From positions 1,644,866 to 1,708,865 of the forward strand of contig NW_019217788.1 of assembly GCF_002571385.2 (NCBI RefSeq): 64,000 nucleotides of DNA, in the 5' to 3' direction. The DNA comes from Stylophora pistillata (taxonomy: Eukaryota). Every line of letters begins with the position of its first letter. The first letter of the stretch is position 1. The notes below the pieces were generated by a model. The model was not told where the DNA came from. It made no database searches and worked only from the letters and a program-made list of their open reading frames with translations. Below are positions 1-13,045 of this stretch, one piece after another. A program made the translations under genes and the position numbers.

Positions 1-34
1 CAACCATAACTAAGCATGCTTTTTATCCACATAC

Positions 35-2984
35 CTCTAAAAGATAGAAGGATTTCTTGGATAGATTGGATTTGGTATTTCCAAGCCCTTTTAATTGATT
101 TGTCATCATAAGAAACACTGCCTGGAAGTAAAAAGCCGCAGTTGCTGGTTAGGAGTGAAGTTACATAATTACTGTGTTTTATCATATGACCCATCCAGCC
201 CCGATCATGCAATCCTATAGAAAGCTTTAATGAAAGTTCATGTGTAGGGAAGGGCAGGTTGTCCAGAAAGAGCTGTCTGGTCCTGCTCTCAAATAGATTT
301 GTTGCAAAAAAACAAAAAAAATTGTTTAAGCTGAACTTACAGGAAAACAGAAATGAGAATTATGAGTTTCTCATCTGACTCCAAAAAAATAAAGACACAG
401 TTTATATTGTATGATCTTTTTTGTGGCTGCTCCATGAGTGACCCCATCCATGATGTCCTATCTATTACAAGGTTGAAACAAAGTTTTCAGAAAATTTCAT
501 CACCTGGTGGTCATATGATAAAATTCTTATTGACTGAGTTTTTTTGGGTCAGAGGGGAAAATATTTAGTTCTTATTCATGATGTACAGACCTCCATGTGA
601 TAAGTCTGTGCCTCGTGACCCATCCAGTCAATAAGTATAGTCAATAGGTCAATAAGTCAATAAGTCAATCAATCCAGTCAATAAGTACATAACATATAGA
701 TTTAGCCAAGCCTAAAAGCGGAGCTCACATTTTTTCTTTCCCCGCACATCTCAAGGGCACAACGCCTTGCCCCGGCCAGGACTGGAACCCAGGTCATCCA
801 GCTCGGAGCCCAGTACACTGACCACTGGACAAAGCTGTGGCGTAGGCGTGCCCACGGTACAGTTGACCACGTATGTTAAAAGTAGCACCTTGTACAGACA
901 CCCGAACAGTCATAAGTCCAAATTTTTTCAGCTTCATGGGTTACTACTACCATTTTGTATAAGTATAGAGCTATGCTCAGCTATTATGTGACACTATCTT
1001 GCATGATAATAATAATAATAATTTAATATTTATATTGCACAAATTAGCATAGGGATATGATCAAATGCGCATCACAACACTCTTCGGGGGAATTTGGCCG
1101 GACTGCATCAGCAGTTTACAAACAATCACAGGAAACTTATTTGAAGATGCCCCCTTCCCCCTAATTCCCAGTAAACAGGCCAGACCACATCAGAGTTATC
1201 TTGTGAGTGGGTTCTTTAATATCCCCTGCTAAACAAATTAAGTAGTTAATAGATGCAGGAGATGGGACCTACAGTTTATTCATCCTTGTCCGAGAAGACT
1301 AGAATGTCTATCCGTTTCTTGATATTATAGAAAGGTAGCACATTCTCCTCAGATATTTTAAGACCTTGAGTGTTGGTCCAGCGTGGGCACAAACCCTCGA
1401 CCTCCTGCACAACAATCCGGCCCTCAAACCAATTGAGCTAACTGGGAGGCGGTGATGATAACAATTTTCAAGTTTGAGGGGACAAATTCTTCTGCTTTCA
1501 GGTGATAAAAATATCTGCAAGGAACTAGTTTCAATTTTCTCAGCTGGAACTCATTTTTGCGAGTCATAATTTTTTATCATGCATTATCATTACATTTGTG
1601 CAAAATCTGCAAATATTAAAATTTACAACAGACAGTTATAAGAAAATGTATCAAGAAAACAAAGGAGAATTTTCATGTTGACTATTTAGAGTGTGCTTTC
1701 TATTGGTTTAATTACCAGTATAATAACATGTGTGGGATGTTACGAAAAGTTATTAAATCAAGAGCTTAAGGCAAAAGATTTCCCAATATTAAAAAAGTGA
1801 ACCAATAAAAAGTGTGGCCTGATGCTTTGATAAAATGAACTTTATTTCCCATCAGTTTAACCAGTGCAATAAATGATTGGTTTTTGATCAATCAGGACCT
1901 TTATACAGGGGTTTTGTTAACATTTTCAGCAGGAGAACAACTAGTTTTTACAGGTGGGCAAAACCTTTTCGAATTGAACTTCTTTATAAGATAAACTTTC
2001 CTCCTGATTGTCAAACCAGGTGGGCAAAACCCTCAAAACCATTTAATTTACCCGGTGGCCAGGCCCTTAATGAAACTCCTGCCTCATAGTATCCCCCTTA
2101 TATTATGGAAAACTTGATTACCTTTAATTGTTCTTCCTCATAGGGAGCCTCTGGAGCGTGGATCCGAAGGATGTCAGCCAGGCAACATGCAGCATGTGCC
2201 TTGACATCTTTATCTCTGTGTTTGAGAATGAATGGGCTGACAAGGGACTGTGCAACTGTTCCATATTTTTCTGTTCTATCTGTCTGATCTGCATTGGACA
2301 GTTCATGAGCAAGGTTCTATCAAATTAATTCAATTAGTAACCGATATGAGCATCAAGTTTCCTTTCTCTTCCTCAAGCATCAGTTGAATCATATTTCCAG
2401 TCAGTGGTAGATTTATAATTAAGCTTAATTTTCAAACTCAAGTTTAACACCTTTACAAGACAAGGGGTATGGATGTCTGTCTGTTTACAGCTCGTGTGAA
2501 GGTGAGGAATCGATCACTTAAAGTTGGTCTTAATCAAGCCATAGCAATATCTTTTTTATCGATAACAAAAATCAAGAATAATTTAATGAACCTATTTGCT
2601 TAATCACCCTCCTGAAAACAATTTTATCATTACAACAATGTAGAGTTCTTACAGTTGATAAGCTTAAACTACCAATCACGATTAACTACTATTACTTAGG
2701 TGCTTCTGGAAGCTGCACAATTAATATCAATCATTAAAAGTCAGGTTTCGTTCGTTTGTGTGGTACTCCAAAATCTTGTATCAAAACAAATCTTGTAAAC
2801 CCGCAATCTCACCCAAAATTCACTTGTGTCGCGGTTTACACGCTTGCAGCGCATTTCAATAATTCTTAAGGTTATCTTCACTCACCTTGAGTCGTTTTAT
2901 AAGCTCGTCTTTACTAAGTCTTTCATGCAGGTCTGTAGCAGCGGCTCTCTTCTTCGGCGAAGAACCAGATTCATTGCGAGGCAT
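35..2984 (-). CDS. PDS5: Sister chromatid cohesion protein PDS5 homolog, first three coding exons; gene continues past the left edge
   Basis: Exons 2886-2984 (MPRNES...LSKDELIKRLK), 2122-2316 (NLAHEL...HRDKDVKAHAACCLADILRIHAPEAPYEEEQLK) and 35-121 (AVFLMMTNQLKGLGNTKSNLSKKSFYLLE), all phase 0 with GT-AG sites. They match the PDS5 N-terminus (CCLADIxRIxAPEAPY, QLKGL...FYLLE). Confidence 0.9.
745..830 (-). mobile_element. SINE head fragment (family of 9377-9670)
   Basis: A/B-box-like head gtccagtggtcag...gggttccagtcc followed by gttgtgcccttgag. Confidence 0.55.
1006..1452 (-). mobile_element. tRNA-derived SINE with LINE-like 3' hairpin and (TTA)n tail
   Basis: tRNA-like head at ~1380-1452 (tagctcaattgg...gtcgagggtttgtgccc). 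The tail at 1006-1160 resembles 5488-5720. Confidence 0.65.
1906..2081. mobile_element. MITE with CAGGGG termini, copy 1
   Basis: TIR cagggggttttgttaa...ttaatgaaactcctg; homologous to 35973-36156. Confidence 0.7.
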
Positions 2985-3298
2985 ATCGATCTAGTTCAAC
3001 AATTACTTCAAGATTTACGACCTCCTGCCTCCAAAAATCTGTGTAAAATTGTTCACTAGATAACTTTTTTCCAAACCTGGACTACAAATACCTCTATCTG
3101 GTGTAAAGTATCGATTATTTCTTGGATAATACGATTTTTATGGTGGTGTTTTGTCCTCTTCTTTCAATCGAACACTTTGAACCAATTGGCGCGAACAGCC
3201 CATAATAATCTTGGCGCTGACATCTGTTTTGGAGATGAACGCGGGCCTGCGCTCGGAATTTTCAGACGAAGAAAAATAATAGGCAAACAAACAACCCT
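2985..3298. promoter_or_regulatory. Probable bidirectional promoter between PDS5 and DCUN1D4
   Basis: Only 314 bp separate the PDS5 ATG and the putative first DCUN1D ATG (3299). The region is CpG-rich relative to both gene bodies. Confidence 0.6.
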
Positions 3299-5486
3299 AT
3301 GGAATGTTTAGCCTCCCAGTCGCAAAAGGTATGTTCTTCTTAGCGTTTTTAAATCATTTCTTCTTCATGGTAAATAGCCTGCAAAAATGGTGCAGTGGGG
3401 GGGGGATGGGGGTGGTATGTGGTGAGAAGGGGGTGGGGAGCCGAGAGGTTTTTTTACCTACGGGATAGAAGTTCAAGGATATATTAACCCCCGGGTGCTT
3501 TCCCCTTCCCATCTCAAGATGAGGGCGAGGTCGGCGAGTTTTAAATTTACCTTGGATGAAACCTCAACACTATCCGTTGGCCATGACAAGTTATCACTCT
3601 TGGCCAGGGGCCCACTGTTTTGGCTCAGGTTTCCCCTTTCTCGCCACAGCCAATCCATGGATATTTAGCGCATTTACAAACTTGATAGTAAAATACAGAC
3701 AGAAATCTCTTTTCTTTTTCTTTTCCTTTCCTTTATATTTTACAGACTTTTAAACATAAATACCAGTCAACAACTCAACCTTCGCCCCAACTTACATTAT
3801 GACGTCACAATTCTTCATCAATTTCACTCAATTTCGCAGAAATGATCTTCGAGAATCCGACTTGTCTGACGACAAAAGAAACATGTCACACTGATGTGTT
3901 TTTTCATTTTCACTGCCTTTGCATTCTTCGTCGAGAGAAAACTGTGCACTCTTATTTTCTATCGACCTCAGCCAATATTGATGAAAAAATCAGATGAAGA
4001 AGACGACGAACAATGCTGCTCATCGTCGGATACCCGAAGAAGTGCCGAAGAGATATCGATTACCGTAGAGGACAACGGAAAAGGTTTACCTTAGCTAAGT
4101 AACGATCAGATTTAGCTACGACAAAAGCTGAATTCCGTATAATATAATACAAACGTGATTTACTTCTTAAACCTTTTATATGAAAAAAGCAAATTTCTCG
4201 CCTTAGATTTATCTCGATTTAATCTTTATCAGTCTGACTATCCACCTGTAAATTACTCCATCTCAAATAACAAAAATTTTGACCATAAAAGGTTGTATCA
4301 GGAAAAGCGAAATTTCTTTCATTTTCGAGAATTTTCCGTGTCCAGGTGGGGTAGGGAGGGTTTATTGTTTATACTGGCTGTACCGAGGCCATTGTACGCA
4401 TTATAGCACGTGCACAAACATAGAGCGCGGCTACAAAGTCTACCCGGGCTCACCGAACGGAACACCAAACACATGAGAGAGGAGACATAGAAGACATTTA
4501 ATGCCCTGAATTCGAGGTATTTTCTCTATGTCGAAATGTTTAAGCTTATGTTTACATATTTAACGCCTAAATGTCTGTTTATGGCAACATTTTAGTTCCG
4601 TAACTTAAAAAATAGCTGCATATTTGATGGACATGTTCTTCAAGCAAGCAATGGAGTTTGAGTCTCTTGACCCCAGTTTAGCAATCGTTTCCGTCCTAGT
4701 GTGTCGCAGAAATTTAGGGTTGTAAATACAAATACTCAGTCAGTATTTACAATTGATATTTTATCAATGACGGAGTGGGGAAAGCAGACTGCTTTTTTTT
4801 AAATGGAGGGATGTATAGATTTTTATTCTCACGTGAACGTTCGTATGTATATCGCGACGCTTTTGTTCCAGAGTTCGGCGTATTTGGCATATTCCTGTTC
4901 GTAATCTCTGAATCATTTTCGTTACTGATCTTCATACGATCGAGTATAATTTCATGGTCGTCTGTTGTTAAGGCGATGTTTTTCTTGCCACTTATATAGA
5001 TAGCGATATATACATTTTTTTTCCAGCTTATCTACGGAAGCTTTATCTGCCATTTTGCGCTCATTGTATTTAGGTGAACTGTGAGCCCATTTAAGCGACT
5101 CACCTTTTGCTATAATTCCATTTTATTGACCTTTTAGCTTGTTGTGAAATATTTCGTCGAACTTTTAGATGACAATAATTTTTGAAAATCTAGTTGGTTT
5201 TATGAAGACATGTTTCATCACTAAATAATGCCTAAACTTCAAACCCTTTCCATGTTTTTGATTGAAACTGTTGCATAGGTTCAGAGGGTAAAGCTCCAGT
5301 CATGTTCTGGTGGAGCAAGTATCACAATTGTGGCATATAATTGGCTTGGCAGAAAATTCTGTTTCATGATCATTTCTTTATCTCCTTATCAGGATAACAT
5401 GATTTATAATGTAAATATTGTTTAGTATTTTCTCTGACCAACTTCCTGCTTATGCATAATCACACATTTTTTACAGACACACTGGG

Positions 5487-5553
<67 letters not shown>

Positions 5554-8500
5554 GATCAATTTCTATAGCGCATTTCCAAGGTTGGAATTTTCCAGTGTTG
5601 TAAATGCTCTAATGCACTTTACAACACTGTGTGCAGGACTTTTCCAGACTGCGGGCGGCAGTTTACAATAAATAAAGAAGAAATTTTACAGATGCCCCCT
5701 CCCCCCATTCCCTGTTAAGAGAGGGCATGTTTGCTTGTACCAACAAACTGTGCCATGGGCATTTTCAAAAATTTTAGTAGCCAAGTTTTGAAACACTTCT
5801 CTGCCCTTGCGATGAAGTATTATTGTTTTCCTCTTGATGACGTTGTATTTATTATATTGATTTCAAGGTTTCAACCACATACACTAGTGGTCATTTTCAG
5901 GGAATGAGTTCACCTTAATTTACATCACCTTTTAAGCCGTAGGCTTCTCTGTATTGGGCTGGTATTAATATTGAACAGCTGTGATAAGTACATTTCAGAG
6001 ATGTATTCCCTCAGCAGATTGCTGGGGCACAGTTCTATTTATATCATGTTATTTATATCATTGGCAACGAAGCTTGTGGGTTTTCTTTTCCCCAGTCCTT
6101 GTTGATATTTGTCTTGAAATTTCAGTCAACTTTTATTGAAACACAATGCAAAAGGTCTAGGACCCAAAAGTACAAAGTTAAGAAGCAGGTCTTATTCCCC
6201 AGAGACCCTGGCCCTATCGTGCATGCCCGAGGTAACGCAAGTATTATCGTTACAATATTATTAAAGCAAAGTCGTCTTTTGAGATGAAAGAGACTTAACT
6301 TCAGTGACGTGAACCAGGATAGTGGAAAGAAATCCCAGAGGGGAAGATGGTGACGATCACAGAAAACTACAAAATGTGAGCCCATGCTACAGTGAACGGC
6401 CAAGGGAACACATCTTGGAATGCATTACTACATTGAAGCATGATGCATTACTAAGATATGCATCTCCAGTCAACCCCATCCCCTGAAGAATACTAACAAT
6501 ATCTAATCAAAAAGTTGTGATTTACATTAGAACTGACCTCGTTGTCAGATGTTGAGTGATTATGCTTCACAAGTTTATGATCTTATCATGAAAAAGCTCC
6601 ATCATTGTTTCAACTACAAAGATAATGAATTTTATCTAAATTTTAGTTCATGCAAGCAAGTGCCCAATTTAGTTTTTCAAGGAAGTGAAACAAAGGCCAA
6701 ATTTTGCCAGTACTCGATATTGCAAGGGGACCCCTAGCATGTCTTGTTTATTATGTGTAGATAAGATTTTTTCAAGTGAAACATATTTATCTGTTTTTGA
6801 CATTGTACTGTTTATTTCACAGCTAGCACAAGTGGTGTAAGTCCAGAGACAGTTTCAATAGAAATGCCACCAAGGCGGAAAAGAAAGGCGGCTACAAAAG
6901 AAGAAACAAAACTCAAGAAACAGAAAGAGGACTGTGTAACAAGGTAGGCATAATATCAATTTGCTTAAATACAACTTAAGTGCCCATGGGGTAATTTTTT
7001 GTTTTCAACACTGTATATTATTCTGGTATCCAAATTATCTTGTAATACCTTCCCCTGACCTAGCACCAGTTTCTTTAGAAACTTACCTTTATCCGCATTA
7101 AACCACAACATGTACTGTCTATTATCTTAACTGGACAGCTCCACTCGAAGCTGCCTGAATAAAAGTTCTTGGAATCTCCCAAAGATACACATTTTCACAG
7201 ATCAGAAGTTATGCATGCTTTTTCTTTCACATAGTTGCATTCTAGTTCTGAATCTTCTTTTTTTCCTTTGTGATATATTTGATCTTTACCTGTGAACATT
7301 CAATGGACCTAATTAGACAATAGACTTGTTCAGGTTGTTTTCCTTTATAAACTAATTTTCAGTTCACTGTCTGATGCTAATGACATTTATGAAACATTTT
7401 TGTTACTCTAGCATCAAATCTCAAACTTTAACAGAAGACTTAGGTAAACCCTTTTCTCTGAGGCGATGTAGAGCATGGTTTGAACATTATGCAGGTATTT
7501 AAAAAAGAATCCTTCACAAACTGTCATGAATTATAACATAACCAAAGTAAAGCACGCACTCTAATTGGTCAATTTAGCGTCCCCCCTTTGCCCACGGGTG
7601 TACGCTGCTGACGAGCAAATGCAAAGACTATTTTTCCATGCGCGCTTGTTTTTTCTGGTCACGTAAGATTTGTTAAATAAAAGGGAACTCTTTAGCTACA
7701 ATGTATCAATGTTATTTTATAAAACAAATGNNNNNNNNNNNNNNNNNNNNNNNNNNNNNNNNNNNNNNNNNNNNNNNNNNNNNNNNNNNNNNNNNNNNNN
7801 NNNNNNNNNNNNNNNNNNNNNNNNNNNNNNNNNNNNNNNNNNNNNNNNNNNNNNNNNNNNNNNNNNNNNNNNNNNNNNNNNNNNNNNNNNNNNNNNNNNN
7901 NNNNNNNNNNNNNNNNNNNNNNNNNNNNNNNNNNNNNNNNNNNNNNNNNNNNNNNNNNNNNNNNNNNNNNNNNNNNNNNNNNNNNTGGACATAGTGAATT
8001 TTTCCTCTTTAGCCTTGAAAAGATACCTCTTTGATTTGAAGATGCTATCTTTTCTTCTTCCACATTGTAGGTGAAGATGAACCAGACACAATTGGACCTG
8101 AGGGTGTAGAAAAGCTCTGTAAGGACCTTGGTGTAAAACCAGAGGATGTAAGATTAATTTGCTCCCTGTTGTAATTGTCTAAGATTATGCATTTCCTTCT
8201 TAATTCAATTGAATCTCCTGTAGACGACTTACCCCGGAAATTGAAAATAGGGTTGTTACCAGAGCTGGTTGCATGCAAGAAGGTGGCTATGGATGAAATA
8301 TTGTGTTTGGTCACTTTTGAGAGCTTCAGTCTTATCAGCATGAAACTCATTAAGTAAATAGTTATCAGAAGTCTTGGAAATGTAATATTATAAGTCCCTT
8401 TATTTTTGCCAGCATCAGGTTCACAAATGTATGGCCAGCTAATCCACAGGGATCTGATTTTTGGTTTTTGTTTTTTTTTTTTTCTTCCAAGTGTTGACTT

Positions 8501-11500
8501 GCGTGAATCAGACTCTCTGAGTAATGTCACAATCTGATTGGCCAATTTGACATTGACAATAAGAGTATCAACAACGCTGCTTAACATCAAAATGTCACAC
8601 AATGGTCAAGCACTGAAAGTATCATTTTAATTTAACAAGTAAAAGGATTACTCTACCAGTCTGGAAATTTCTTTTATCTGTCTGGCTTTGAATATGGAAG
8701 AACACAGCCCTCTTCCAGAGGAGCCCTCCAACAACCCTTATTAGCAGATTGTGGCATGTAGACCTTAAGATAATTTGTTATTATTTTTTTCGTCTTTTCA
8801 GACTGTAATGCTTGTTATAGCATGGAAACTGCAGGCAGAAACAATGGGATTTTTTACTTTTCATGAATGGAGCAAAGGGATGCTCTCAATAGAGTAAGAA
8901 CTTCAAGCACCCAAGACAATGAGATTACCAAATAGTGTAGTTTTGCCTGTCTTAAAAAGTTTTTAATACCTTTTAATCATTTATCTCCCAGAAAGGATTA
9001 ACATTTAACTTCTCCCTATAATATCCACACATTATCTAGCAAACAAGCAATGAGAATATTCAAATTTATCAGGTAAAAGTTGTTATCTTGATCTAATGCC
9101 AAATTCTTGTAAATAATTTACAAGGATGTGTGTAGCACCCAGAGGGGGGGAGAATTAAAAATCAGATCATGTAGGTTAAAACATTTCAACATAATTGTGA
9201 GAAAAATGGCAATTTTTTAAGGCCTGCAAACTTGTCTCAGTTTGAATTCTGCTGTCAAAATGCCTCGCAAAGAACGGTAACTTTTACTCTGTGTGAATGG
9301 GAGCAAATGGACATAACCCTTCAGGGAATTATATGATTTCCTTTTACCAATTCATCCTCCCTATCTCTAAGCTAGTGGAAGGCACAGTGGGCCCATTACT
9401 AATACACTTGACTCCAGATTGAGTGGTCTGGGTTCAAGCCCCAGTTGGGGACATTGTGTAGTGTTCTTAGGCAAGATACTTTACACTCACAGTGCCTCTT
9501 CTACACCCAGGTGTTTTAATGGGTACCGGTGAATTAAATGCTGGAGGGTAACCCTGCAATGGACTAGCATCCCACCCAGGTGGGGAGTAGAAATACTCCT
9601 AGTCGCTTCATGCTACAAAAGCCATAGTTAATTGCCAACCTGATGGGCCACTTGGCTCATAAACAGACTTGTCCCTGAGCAAAACACATGTTGTTCGCAA
9701 TAGATGAGGGATTAATGCGAGACCTGTTGATCTCCACATTCCAAAGGGTTTAAAAACTATAATGGTGAAAATAAGAAGTATTGATCTTGAGAGGTAGTAC
9801 AGTGAATGTAATTTAGGGTAGTTTTTTTAGGAAAGGGTGGCAAGAATAAGTCTTGATTAAGGAAGTTTATGCTTAAATAAAAGGTCCCCAGTTAGACGTT
9901 GAAAAAATTTCTTGTGGTTATACATGAATTTAGAGAGAGAACTTGCATTGCAGTTTTAAGGAAAGGGTGGCAAAAATAAGTCTTGATTAAGGATGTTTAT
10001 ACTTTGAATAAAATACCCTCAGTCAGACCTGAGAAAATATCTTGTGGTTATACATGAATGTAGAGAGATAACTATTAGAATACTTTACGGCCTGTCTTAT
10101 TTGAAAAAAGGTCAGGGAATATCTTATTTGTTATTTTTGAACAATAATCAATTGGAGCAAATGGGTATTTTTATAATTACATGAATTTACTATATTGTAT
10201 GATAAAAAAGGCTCTTTCAATGGTACTTACCTCATTTCTTTCTAATAGTAATGTAATTATTTATTTTTAAAGTGTTCTTTTTTTTCTTTAGTGTATAAAA
10301 GTTGAAGTGAATTAGCTGCATGTGTCATTTTTTTTTCAAACAGATGTGATTCTACAGCTAAACTAAAAGCACAATTGAATGGCCTAAAGTCTTTAACAAG
10401 GGACAGTGCAACTTTTAAAAAGATTTATCGCTATGCATTTGACTTTTGTAGGGTAAGTTTGAGGTTGTTTCCTTTATTGTGGTGCAATTTATTGTGTTGT
10501 TGTCGACCTACTTGTCAACATTTTACAATAATTATTCATAGGCAAATACCTATTAATAAGAGTTTAAATTTACCAAAATGCCACTGAATTCGGACATTGG
10601 TTATTACATTTGAAGAAAATAGAAGACAAAGTCATCAGTGCCCTCTTGGGCACATTCAAATCCTCAACATGCAGCTGTAATCTCTCCTTACAATATCAGT
10701 ACAATATCAAGTGGACAATTAATGAGAATAAGGAAAAAGATAAATTCGAGGATTATTAGTTTATTCAATACCAAATTCTCTAAACAAACATCATAAGAAC
10801 TGTATGGCAGACAGTAAGGAGAAATCTCTGGAACTAAATTTTTTGAGCACGGAAAACACCAGTTCACATTGAACACACTGATTTGCTTCTGACAGGTCCA
10901 GGGGTGAAAATTTAATCACTGTAGATATGCAGTGTCCTATGTATCTGTGAATTAAACGGTTTTCAGCTGTAACCATGGAAATATGTTTTATGTTGAGCAG
11001 GGAATATGAGGCACTTCACCACCTCTATTTTTACTGACTGTGAAATATCTCACATTTCTCGTCCACACAATCATCAGTGGGGTGGAAATTATTTGTTTTT
11101 GGTAGAAAACCCCACCAAATTGGTTTTATCTCTTCATTGATTTTTTTTTTTTTTATCTATACCAGGTTTTATGTTTGTTATAATTTAACAATCATTTAGA
11201 GTGAAGGAAAATGTTTGTTGCATGTTGGGTAGTGAATCTCAGGTACTTCATTGCCTGTTTAATACATGCTCTGAAATATCTGACATTTATTATAATAATT
11301 CCAACAAACCTCAGGAAAGTTAGCAAGAGAAGTTGTAAACATTGTAGACATCCACTACTTCAATGCCAATTTTATACAGAATGTGATTTGTGTGGTAATA
11401 ACAACTATACAGTCAACTAGATGGTCCTCAAATGGAGCAAAATAACATCTGTTGGTAACATGACTTTTGATTCTCTACTTGTCCTTTTCCACAGGCTGTA

Positions 11501-13045
11501 AAGTACAATCAGTTGCCAGGGCTAATGAAAATACTTGTGTATGTTGTTCATGAGTGAAAGAAAAGAAAAAGAATCCTAAGTCCATTTTATTACTTTCTCT
11601 TGCAAGCAGAATCAAGACCAGCGCACATTAGACATAGATACAGCTGTTACAATGATTCAACTTTTGCTTCATGGTTCATGGCCATTGTTAGATGATTTCT
11701 TACAATTTTTGCAGGTAGGTTATGGTGCAATGCTGCTTTATCAGCAGCCTATTTATTTTGTTATTTTTTATTTGTAACCTGCCCATAAATGTTGCACAAT
11801 TCCACGGGTTACTTTACATCACATGGTGCAAAATCAAAGGACAGTTATCACACTGTAGCCCCCATCTAGATGGATATTTGTCCTCTAATTATTTCCATCA
11901 AAAAGGACCAAAATCAGCAAAAAAAAAAAAAAGCCAGCTCAAGAGTTTCACTTTTTCATCTTTATTTATGTGGCTGTCTGCCCTCAGGACTACTATTATA
12001 TAATTAATGATTTTTTTCCATGGTATTTAACAATTTTCCTTTCTTCCCTGCAGAATTCAAAATATAAAGTTTTAAACAGGGACCAGTGGTGTAATGTGTT
12101 GGAATTTAGTCGTTCAATACTTCCTGATTTGTCAAATTATGATGAAGATGGCGCATGTAAGTTTCCCATTTTATAGATCATTTTTGGGGTTGCAGTTGCA
12201 TGACTTTGAGGCAGTCAGACTCCATCTTTTAGTTCTTGTTAGCCTCTGAACAGGCACTCTTATTGAGGCAGACTCTCTTTGAAAGAAGGAAGAAAAAGAG
12301 GGACGAGGGGGTAGGGAGACTACTCCCCTTACCCCACCCCCACTGGTGGCTTCACTCAAAGCCAGTTTGTTCTCTGCTCTTTTATCAGGAGCCTGTTCAG
12401 GGGCTAAGTTCTTGCTGGGGACTACTCCTGTGTTGTTGGGCATGACACTTTCTTCTCATAATTGGGGAGCAGGGATGGTGCAGTGGTGAGAGTAGTTGCC
12501 TCCCACCACTGTGGCCCGGGTTCGATTCCCAGACCTGGCATCACATGTGAGTTGAGTTTGTTGTTGGTTCTCGTCCTTGCTCCGAGGGTTTTTCTCCAGG
12601 TCCTCCGGTTTTCCTCCCTCCGCAAAAACCAACGTTCCAAATTCAAATTCCATCTGGAAACAGTGGACAAGAAGAGCCACCCAGTGGAATGTCTATTGCT
12701 AAATCATTATTTTATTTTTTATAATGCCCTTCTCCATGCAGGGTGGAGAGTATACCATCACATGTAGGATGAAAATTTCATGGGAGTTTAATCCTGTAGA
12801 TTGATGATATTGTTTTCATTTTTGGTCATTTGGTTTTCAGTTTTGGCCATTTGGGTCACCCAAGCTTTGCTTAAAAAGAAATTAAGTGATCATATAGCTC
12901 TTGGAAAAAAGAACAAATCAAATCTTAAATTCTTAAAAACCGAGCACACCAATCATCATCATTATTATTCTCAGGGCCAGTTCTAATGGATGAATTCGTT
13001 GAGTGGTATCATCACAAATATACTCCTCAATCCTCGTCAGCCTGA
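3299..13045 (+). CDS. DCUN1D4: DCN1-like protein 4/5 (cullin neddylation co-E3, PONY domain)
   Basis: Confident exons: 6823-6943 (ATG at 6864, MPPRRKRK), 7412-7494 ([15 protein letters not shown]), 8071-8147 ([19 protein letters not shown]), 8802-8893 ([16 protein letters not shown]), 10344-10452 ([11 protein letters not shown]), 11610-11714, 12054-12156 ([12 protein letters not shown]...NYDEDGA) and 12975-13045 ([11 protein letters not shown]...stop). Phase-compatible upstream exons 3299-3328 and 6126-6231 (or 3972-4083) are less certain. Confidence 0.88.
5488..5720 (-). mobile_element. SINE/LINE 3' end with expanded (AAT/GAT)n microsatellite tail
   Basis: ~60 bp of aat/gat repeats followed by sequence similar to 1020-1170. 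Confidence 0.65.
7731..7985. other. Assembly gap (255 N)
   Basis: N run in a DCUN1D intron. Confidence 1.
9377..9670 (+). mobile_element. Full-length tRNA-derived SINE, family A
   Basis: B box gggttcaagcc, body cttaggcaagatactttac...atggactagcatccc, tail ggccacttggctcataaacagactt. Other copies at 33715-33878, 45662-45952 and 59311-59538. Confidence 0.82.
9824..10073. repeat. Diverged tandem duplication, ~130-bp unit x2
   Basis: ggaaagggtggcaa.aataagtcttgattaagga...cttgtggttatacatgaat.tagagaga occurs twice. Confidence 0.85.
12240..12406. mobile_element. TAG...CTA MITE with 9-bp TSD (AcademH-like, non-autonomous)
   Basis: TIR tagcctctgaacaggc / gcctgttcaggggcta; TSD agttcttgt / agttcttgc. 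Confidence 0.7.
12464..12715 (+). mobile_element. tRNA-derived SINE, family B
   Basis: A box tggtgcagtgg, B box ggttcgattcc, V-SINE-like gggtttttctcc..tccggttttcctccc body. A decayed second copy lies at 55416-55680. Confidence 0.82.

Noticed and set aside
341-457. Possible extra PDS5 exon
   Set aside because: It has an in-frame stop, and exon 35-121 already supplies the expected next segment.
2128-2328. Cys-rich plus-strand ORF resembling a RING finger
   Set aside because: It is the antisense reading of PDS5 exon 2, and the Cys spacing is not a valid RING.
7670-8091. Long ORFs with X runs (also 54549-55177)
   Set aside because: Artefacts of translating N gaps.
8045-8602. 185-aa minus-strand ORF
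   Set aside because: Non-ATG start, antisense to a DCUN1D exon and intron, and no recognisable domain.
12464-12540. tRNA gene
   Set aside because: A/B boxes are present but continue into a SINE body, with no complete cloverleaf or terminator. The same applies to the other SINE heads.
12422-12767. Overlapping ORFs similar to those at 55376-55688
   Set aside because: The similarity comes from two copies of the same SINE, which is non-coding.
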